Assembly (NCBI GenBank): GCA_038851325.1
Contig: JAWCKZ010000016.1
Span: forward strand, 328-14,598
From: Candidatus Bilamarchaeaceae archaeon
Lineage (GTDB): Archaea > Micrarchaeota > Micrarchaeia > Anstonellales > Bilamarchaeaceae
Direction of reading: 5' to 3'
DNA: 14,271 nt
Shown here: positions 9,317-14,271 of the stretch, in pieces
Position numbering within the stretch: the stretch's first letter is position 1
How the letters are laid out: each line of letters opens with the position of its first letter
The notes under the pieces: model-generated
What the model saw: the letters and a program-made list of their open reading frames with translations, nothing else
The model's database searches: none
What the model was told of the DNA's origin: nothing
Translations under genes and position numbers: made by a program

Positions 9317-9330
9317 AAAAATCACCCAGT

Positions 9331-10569
9331 TTAAATTAATTTTTCGGCAGGAATAAGTTTGTAAAGTTGCTGAAGAAGATATATGCTCCCGCACACCAGT
9401 ATCATATCCTTCTCACCGCATATTTTAATTGCATGCCTTAGCGCTTCCTTTATGTCGTCTGCAGTCATCGCTTCGGTGTATACTGCTGCCTTTTTCTTTA
9501 GTTCTTCAGGAGGCACGCTTCTCTCATCGAATTTCGTTGCGATAAAGAGCGAAGCTTGCGGTGCTATCAGTTCGGTCATTCTTCGCCAGTCTCTATCATT
9601 CCTTGCCGCAAAGATGACCATCAGCTTGTCATAATTATAAATGCTTAGGTTTGCGATAAGCGTTCCTATACCATCTGGATTGTGCGCAGCATCCACCACT
9701 ATCAACGGTTTTGTATTCACAATTTCAAGTCTTCCACGATGTCTTGCGCTGAGCAATCCTGCACGTATCGCATCTTCGCTTATAGCAAGCTCCTCAGCGA
9801 CTGCAACCGCAAGTGCACCATTAAAGGCTTGATGGTCTCCAGCAAGGGCTGTTTTAAGGTCAAGGTAGTAATTCCCACCTATGTAATCGAACGTTGTTCC
9901 ATTCGGCGTCAGTTCCTTTATTTCCTTAAAAAAATCTTTTCCTAGCCTTCTTATAGGAACATTCATTGCTTTCGTTCGTTGTCTTATTATCCCAAATGCC
10001 TCATCGCTTGCGCCAGTTATTGCAACACCCTTTTTTATTATTCCTGCCTTTTCTTCTGCTATCTTCTCTATCGTATTGCCAAGAAATTCCATATGGTCGA
10101 GCGCTACGTTTGTAATAACGCTGATGTTCGCATCCGCTACGTTTGCTGCGTCATCCTTTCCGCCCATCATAACCTCGATTACAGCGAAATCGACGTTCTC
10201 ATCAGCGCAGTATCTGTATGCTATCGCAGTGTGTGCCTCCCAGAGCGTCATCTCCTGGCCCTTTTCATGCAGCGCAAGTAATTCTCTTTCATACCTTTCA
10301 AGCGTTTTCTCGCTGATCCATTTTCCATTTATCTGATATCGTTCAAGGCACGAGACCGTATGTGGTGATATGAATGTGCCTACCTTATAGCCTTCCTCTT
10401 TTAGTATGGATGATATGTAGGCAACCGTTGAACCCTTTCCGTTCGTGCCTCCAACCATTATAACGCGAAGATGCTTTTGAGGATCGCCAAGTGCATTCAT
10501 TATTTTCATAATGCGTTCAAGGCCTGGCTTATAACCATATTTCGCAAGTCTCTCCTCAATCAAACTCAT
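9331..10569 (-). CDS. folC: Folylpolyglutamate synthase / dihydrofolate synthase family (Mur-ligase fold)
   Basis: GGTNGKGST, FISPH, LDHMEFLGNTIEKIAEEKAGIIK, GRLE, DAAHNPDG, CGSIYL; ATGA overlap with folD. Confidence 0.92.
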   Translation of the reverse strand: MSLIEERLAKYGYKPGLERIMKIMNALGDPQKHLRVIMVGGTNGKGSTVAYISSILKEEGYKVGTFISPHTVSCLERYQINGKWISEKTLERYERELLALHEKGQEMTLWEAHTAIAYRYCADENVDFAVIEVMMGGKDDAANVADANISVITNVALDHMEFLGNTIEKIAEEKAGIIKKGVAITGASDEAFGIIRQRTKAMNVPIRRLGKDFFKEIKELTPNGTTFDYIGGNYYLDLKTALAGDHQAFNGALAVAVAEELAISEDAIRAGLLSARHRGRLEIVNTKPLIVVDAAHNPDGIGTLIANLSIYNYDKLMVIFAARNDRDWRRMTELIAPQASLFIATKFDERSVPPEELKKKAAVYTEAMTADDIKEALRHAIKICGEKDMILVCGSIYLLQQLYKLIPAEKLI

Positions 10570-11405
10570 TTCCTTATCCTCCTTTCAGCAGCCTCGATCA
10601 CATTGTTTAGAAGCATCGCTACTGTCATCACACCGACGCCGCCCGGCACAGGCGAACAGTCTGCTTTTTTTATTACCTCATCGAATTTTACATCGCCAAC
10701 TATACCCTTTTCTGTTTTGTTTATTCCAACATCTATGACAACTGCGCCATTCTTGACCATGTCACCGGTTATAAGACCAGGCTTTCCAGCGGCAACCAGC
10801 AGGATGTCTGCCTGTCTAGTGAAATCACCAAGATTTTTCGTTTTCGAATGACATATCGTAACCGTCGCATTCTTCCTAAGCAGAAGAAGCGCTAATGGCT
10901 TTCCGACTACATTGCTCCTACCAACGACAACAGCGTGTCTTCCTTCTGTCTCAACATTGTAATACTCTAGCATTCGTATAACTCCGGCAGGGGTTGCTGG
11001 AAGAAAAGCATCTGGCATACCTGCGAACATCTTTCCAAGATTTGCGGCCGTCCAACCGTCGACATCCTTTTCAGGAGATATTACTTCTAATATCTTTTGC
11101 TGATTTATATGCGGCGGAAGCGGCGCTTGCACAATAAGGCCATCCACTTCACTATCTTCGTTAAGCTTCTTAACAAGCGTAAGGACATCCTCCTCGCGTA
11201 CATTTTCCGGTAGACGATGAAGACTAGCCCTTATTCCAGAATACTCCGCCTTGGTCATCTTATTCTTTACGTATATCTCTGATTCAGGTAAGTTTCCAAT
11301 CATGATTATACTTAGAGACGGCTTTCGTGGAAGGGCTACAGCCCTTCGCTTAACATTTATAAGGATGGCCTCTGCCGGCTCTTTGCCAGAAAGCGTTCTA
11401 TACAT
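10566..11405 (-). CDS. folD: Bifunctional 5,10-methylene-THF dehydrogenase / methenyl-THF cyclohydrolase
   Basis: YVKNK (YxxxK), VDGLIVQAPLP, EKDVDG, PATPAG, GRSNVVGKP, HSKT, DVGIN, PVPGGVG. Start ATG 11405 or TTG 11411. Confidence 0.96.
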   Translation of the reverse strand: MYRTLSGKEPAEAILINVKRRAVALPRKPSLSIIMIGNLPESEIYVKNKMTKAEYSGIRASLHRLPENVREEDVLTLVKKLNEDSEVDGLIVQAPLPPHINQQKILEVISPEKDVDGWTAANLGKMFAGMPDAFLPATPAGVIRMLEYYNVETEGRHAVVVGRSNVVGKPLALLLLRKNATVTICHSKTKNLGDFTRQADILLVAAGKPGLITGDMVKNGAVVIDVGINKTEKGIVGDVKFDEVIKKADCSPVPGGVGVMTVAMLLNNVIEAAERRIRK

Positions 11406-11426
11406 ATTCAATTCTTTAAGAAGTGA

Positions 11427-11436
11427 TTAATTTAAA
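11427..11436. promoter_or_regulatory. Candidate shared (bidirectional) TATA element between folD and mtnA
   Basis: TTAATTTAAA; the palindromic TTTAAA (11431-11436) lies about 25 bp from folD ATG 11405 and about 21 bp from mtnA ATG 11458. Confidence 0.5.
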
Positions 11437-11448
11437 GTTATTGCGTTA

Positions 11449-12426
11449 ATGAGCATTATGCTCTCTGTCGAGTTTATTGATAACCAATTGAAGATTCTTG
11501 ATCAGAGAGTGCTACCATTGCGCGAAGAGCATGTCTTTCTGAAATCTGCAGAGAGTGTGGCTTCTGCAATCAAATCAATGGCTGTGCGTGGTGCGCCCGC
11601 GATTGGCATTGCAGCTGCGTATGGCCTTGCGCTCTCAGAAAATCCGAAGGCAGACCACAAGCTACTTCTTTCTACAAGGCCAACAGCGATCGATCTTAAG
11701 AATGCACTTGACTTTGTGGCCAAGGGAAAGAGTAAGAGTGAGCGAACGAAGCTTGCAATCGAATGGCAAAGGCTTGTATCCGGAGCATGCAGAAGGATAG
11801 CAGAGAATGGTGCGGGATTGCTGAGGAATTGCAAAAATATCCTTACTCATTGCAATACGGGCGCAGTAGCAACAGGTGTTGAATACGGGACTGCGTTGGG
11901 CGTCATAAAGCGGCTAAAAGAAGAGGGAGCCGACTTTTTTGTTTATGTTGGCGAAACACGCCCAAGGTTTCAAGGAGCGATAACCTCATGGGAATTGCAC
12001 AAGATTGGAGTGAGGCATGCTGTGTTTGTCGACTCTGCTGCAGGTTATCTCATCTCATCAGGCAAGGTCGACGCGATTATCGTTGGTGCTGACAGGGTCG
12101 CGACAAATGGGGATTTTGCAAATAAGATTGGCACCTATTCCCTTGCAACAATCGCTAAGACCAACAACGTTCCATTCTACGTTGCTGCGCCGATGAGTAG
12201 TTTTGATTTTTCAATAAAGAGCGGCAAGGAAATCGTAGTTGAAATGCGGAGCGAAGATGAGGTTTTGGAAGCTTTCGGGAAGCGTATTTATCCTGCAAAA
12301 ACCAGCGCGCTCAATCCAGCCTTTGACATTACGCCAGGGAGCTTAGTTACCGCATTCATTACAGAAAAAGGGATATTTAAGCCCTGGGAGGTTGGAGAAC
12401 TTGGCAGAAGAGTACAAAGGTGTTAA
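11449..12426 (+). CDS. mtnA: S-methyl-5-thioribose-1-phosphate isomerase (eIF-2B alpha-like)
   Basis: LDQRVLP, MAVRGAPAIG, TRPTA, THCNTGAVATGVEYGTALG, ETRPRFQG, VGADRVATNGDFANKIGTY, NPAFDITP. The HCNtG.lAT..yGTA insert favours MtnA over ribose-1,5-bisphosphate isomerase. Start may be ATG 11458. Confidence 0.9.
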   Translation: MSIMLSVEFIDNQLKILDQRVLPLREEHVFLKSAESVASAIKSMAVRGAPAIGIAAAYGLALSENPKADHKLLLSTRPTAIDLKNALDFVAKGKSKSERTKLAIEWQRLVSGACRRIAENGAGLLRNCKNILTHCNTGAVATGVEYGTALGVIKRLKEEGADFFVYVGETRPRFQGAITSWELHKIGVRHAVFVDSAAGYLISSGKVDAIIVGADRVATNGDFANKIGTYSLATIAKTNNVPFYVAAPMSSFDFSIKSGKEIVVEMRSEDEVLEAFGKRIYPAKTSALNPAFDITPGSLVTAFITEKGIFKPWEVGELGRRVQRC

Positions 12427-12931
12427 ATTTCAAATAATCAACATCCAAAAAATAATTGATGAGGATAGTATATTGCGATTTTTAAACATAGACAAAATAC
12501 TGCGCGCATTCCTTTCGCCAAGTGCAAACGAAGGAAATTTAAGTATGAGATACAAGAATGGATTTTTGATTAAAAGGGCTGGCAGCAAGCTAACAATGCT
12601 TCAACCAGAAGATGTCGTTTTTGTAGATAGAGTAATCGATAACAAAGTTTTTGCAACTGGTAATGCGTCCTCTGAATCCATCATGCACTACGAGATTTAC
12701 CGAGCGCGCGCTGATGCGACTATTGTTCTTCATTTTCACGACGACGTACTACTTAAGAAAAGATTCCAATACGAAGTTGGTCCGTTTTCATATGGTACTA
12801 GGGAGCTTGCTACTGCAGTGGCTGATGTCGCAACGAGAAGCAATTTGATAAAAATCAGGGAACATGGTTTTGTACTCATCACGAGAGATAGCGAAGAATT
12901 AAAAAATGCAATTTCAAGGTTAAAACGATGA
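12401..12931 (+). CDS. Class II aldolase/adducin-family metalloenzyme (MtnB/FucA-like)
   Basis: EGNLSMR, SSESIMHYEIY, VLHFH, YGTRELA, EHGF (three-His metal site). TTG 12401 follows SD GGAGG (12387-12391); the ORF track uses 12392. Overlaps the mtnA 3' end. Confidence 0.85.
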   Translation: MAEEYKGVKFQIINIQKIIDEDSILRFLNIDKILRAFLSPSANEGNLSMRYKNGFLIKRAGSKLTMLQPEDVVFVDRVIDNKVFATGNASSESIMHYEIYRARADATIVLHFHDDVLLKKRFQYEVGPFSYGTRELATAVADVATRSNLIKIREHGFVLITRDSEELKNAISRLKR

Positions 12932-13485
12932 AGAGTGACATCAGAAAAAGAATGCTGAAGAGGAGAGATGCATTAAGCGAGGATGAGCGGATAGAGCTTA
13001 GCAGTAGAATAGCGGATTTGTTGTTCAAGCAGCCCGTCATCATCCGCGCAAGAACTATCGCGTTCTATCTTCCAAAAGGCAGCGAGGTCCGCACAGAGGA
13101 AATGATTGAAAGAGCGGTAAAAGAAGATAAAGAGGTTCTTGTGCCTGTTACGAACGATGAGATAACCATGGTGCGTTTTCTTGGTTTCGATAAATTGCAA
13201 AATGGCAGGTTTGGCATCCTTGAACCAGTTGAGAAAATCAAAGGAAATGAGCCAGACGTCGTGATAGTCCCAGGCGTTGCCTTTGGACTATGCATGCACA
13301 GAATTGGCTACGGAAAAGGATATTATGACAAATATCTGAAAACGACAAAGGCATACCGTATAGGTATCTGTTACGATTTTCAAGTGATTGAAAAACTTCC
13401 AAATCACACGCATGATGAGCCAATGGACTTGATAATTACTGATAAGCGCACAATCGCGCCGCAGGCTGAGACTGGCGATGATTAA
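12928..13485 (+). CDS. ygfA: 5-formyltetrahydrofolate cyclo-ligase (YgfA/MTHFS family)
   Basis: KSDIRKRM, FYLPKGSEV, FGILEP, VIVPGVAF...RIGYGKGYYDKYL, HDEPMDLIITD; ATGA overlap with the aldolase. Confidence 0.93.
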   Translation: MKSDIRKRMLKRRDALSEDERIELSSRIADLLFKQPVIIRARTIAFYLPKGSEVRTEEMIERAVKEDKEVLVPVTNDEITMVRFLGFDKLQNGRFGILEPVEKIKGNEPDVVIVPGVAFGLCMHRIGYGKGYYDKYLKTTKAYRIGICYDFQVIEKLPNHTHDEPMDLIITDKRTIAPQAETGDD

Positions 13486-13497
13486 ATAGCCATAGGT

Positions 13498-13543
13498 AGC
13501 GCATGATGCGCTGGTGGGTAATTACCCGCTTCACTGATTTTTG
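13498..13543 (+). terminator. Two tandem hairpins followed by a T-tract after the mtnA operon
   Basis: AGCGCAT-G-ATGCGCT (13498-13512), GGT-GGGTAATTACCC-GCT (13513-13530), then TTTTT at 13538-13542. Confidence 0.4.
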
Positions 13544-13605
13544 TTGCGCTCTTTTCAAAATCCTTTTCTGCGCAGGTCGGGCCAATGATTGGAGGGTTGG
13601 AAGAA

Positions 13606-13640
13606 GATGGTTTTTAAACATTTTTATACACAATACCATC
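13606..13640 (+). promoter_or_regulatory. TATA-like promoter for the PPR-like gene
   Basis: TTTTTAAA at 13611-13618, 22 bp before ATG 13641 (same spacing as other genes here), preceded by purine-rich GGAAGAAGATGG and flanked by the inverted repeat GATGGT (13606-13611) / ACCATC (13635-13640). Confidence 0.5.
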
Positions 13641-14271
13641 ATGCGGTATCGACCGAAGAGCCTTAGTTTTCCTTGCAACAATGGTTTTCCTTGCAGGCGG
13701 GATAGTTTTTCTAGGGTTCCACTGGTTGACAAAGCTCAAAATCCAGTGCTAAATCCAAGGGAAATTATGAAGAAAGCCAAAAAATTAGAACGAACCGGCG
13801 CTGTTGATAAGGCGCTGAAGTTAGTTAATGACATTCTTAAGTCAGAACCAGATAACATTTTTGCAACGAACTATAAAATAAAGCTTCTCAGTAAAATTGA
13901 TAAGATAGAAGAAGCTGAAAAAGTATTTGATGAAGCTAAAAATAAGAAGATTGCCGATATCGTAACCTACAATTCTATGATTGATGCATATGGAAAAAGC
14001 GGAATGATAAAAGAAGCTGAAGGCGTATTTGATGAAGCTAAAAAAAGTAATATGGCCAATATCGTAACCTACAGTTCTATGATTGATGCATATGGAAAAA
14101 GCGGAATGATAGAAAAAGCTAGAGAAGTATTTGATGAAGCTAAAAAAAGTAATATGGCCAATATCGTAACCTACAATTCTATGATTGATGCATATGGAAA
14201 AAGCGGAATGATAAAAGAAGCTGAAGGCGTATTTGATGAAGCTAAAAAAAAGAAGATTGCCGATATCATAA
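13641..14271 (+). CDS. Pentatricopeptide-repeat (PPR)-like protein with a TPR-like N-terminal cap; 3'-truncated by the window end
   Basis: Hand translation, open from ATG 13641 to the end: MRYRPKSLSFPCNNGFPCRRDSFSRVPLVDKAQNPVLN PREIMKKAKKLERTGAVDKALKLVNDILKSEPDN IFATNYKIKLLSKIDKIEEAEKVFDEAKNKKIAD IVTYNSMIDAYGKSGMIKEAEGVFDEAKKSNMAN IVTYSSMIDAYGKSGMIEKAREVFDEAKKSNMAN IVTYNSMIDAYGKSGMIKEAEGVFDEAKKKKIAD II... Close match to the P-type PPR consensus VVTYNtLIdgycKaGrldEAlelFeEM. Alternative in-frame ATGs at 13503/13506 and 13767. Confidence 0.9.
   Translation, partial: MRYRPKSLSFPCNNGFPCRRDSFSRVPLVDKAQNPVLNPREIMKKAKKLERTGAVDKALKLVNDILKSEPDNIFATNYKIKLLSKIDKIEEAEKVFDEAKNKKIADIVTYNSMIDAYGKSGMIKEAEGVFDEAKKSNMANIVTYSSMIDAYGKSGMIEKAREVFDEAKKSNMANIVTYNSMIDAYGKSGMIKEAEGVFDEAKKKKIADII
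13857..14271 (+). repeat. Intragenic 102-bp tandem repeat array (one degenerate unit, three full units, start of a fifth)
   Basis: Units begin at 13857, 13959, 14061, 14163 and 14265. Unit 13959 vs 14061: 7 differences in 102 nt; unit 13959 vs 14163: 5 in 102 (hand count). Confidence 0.95.

Noticed and set aside
9317..9394. N-terminal 26 codons of the 540-aa ORF
   Set aside because: They overlap the folC 3' end; the SD GGTGA plus TTG 9316 and the position of the PIN motif indicate the later start.
11449..12426. Ribose-1,5-bisphosphate isomerase or eIF-2B subunit
   Set aside because: The HCNTGxxAT..YGTALG and LDQR motifs and the adjacent class II aldolase fit MtnA better.
234..13423. Short antisense or alternate-frame ORFs in the track (e.g. 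234-422, 559-981, 3678-4040, 6735-7118, 8174-8590, 10471-10851, 11502-11834)
   Set aside because: They overlap well-supported genes, have shadow-ORF composition and show no motifs.
13503..13537. Box C/D sRNA (ATGATG ... CTGA)
   Set aside because: Box C is imperfect, the span is only 35 nt, and no properly spaced C'/D' pair is present.
13503..13640. Extending the PPR-like ORF to ATG 13503/13506
   Set aside because: The frame is open, but the peptide is Trp/Cys/Phe-rich and unnatural, crosses hairpins and the TATA box, and ATG 13641 has the promoter spacing seen for other genes here.
13436..13732. 98-aa minus-strand ORF from the track
   Set aside because: Overlaps ygfA and the PPR-like gene in antisense and has no recognisable motif.
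13959..14264. Repeat variation as a diversity-generating retroelement TR/VR pair
   Set aside because: Several differences are T/G changes not at adenines (AAT/AAG, ATG/ATT), the variation comes in shared blocks, and no reverse transcriptase is in the window.
13857..14271. 102-bp repeats as a CRISPR array or non-coding satellite
   Set aside because: Units are contiguous with no unique spacers, the period is a multiple of 3, and they translate in one open frame to a PPR consensus.

Overview
Gene-dense archaeal chromosomal segment. The evidence is an archaeal-type IleRS with an HxGT motif, Pth2, a COG1709 regulator, a PINA-type ATPase, and TTTAAA/TTTATAAA TATA boxes about 20-26 bp before start codons. 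A DPANN/Micrarchaeota-like origin is my inference only. Left to right: a 5'-partial hypothetical gene; a protein with three tandem Xis/HTH_17-like domains; a membrane-anchored surface protein; an XRE/COG1709 regulator; an ileS-pth2 operon; a Tat-signal transglutaminase-like/TPR protein; a folD-folC-PINA operon divergent from mtnA, a class II aldolase and 5-formyl-THF cyclo-ligase. The most striking item is at the right edge and is absent from the ORF track because no stop codon lies in the window. It is a pentatricopeptide-repeat (PPR)-like protein built from near-identical 102-bp (34-aa) tandem repeats. Their differences are all non-synonymous, fall in mix-and-match blocks, and include both PPR RNA-recognition code positions. 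No rRNA, tRNA, CRISPR array or mobile element was seen.
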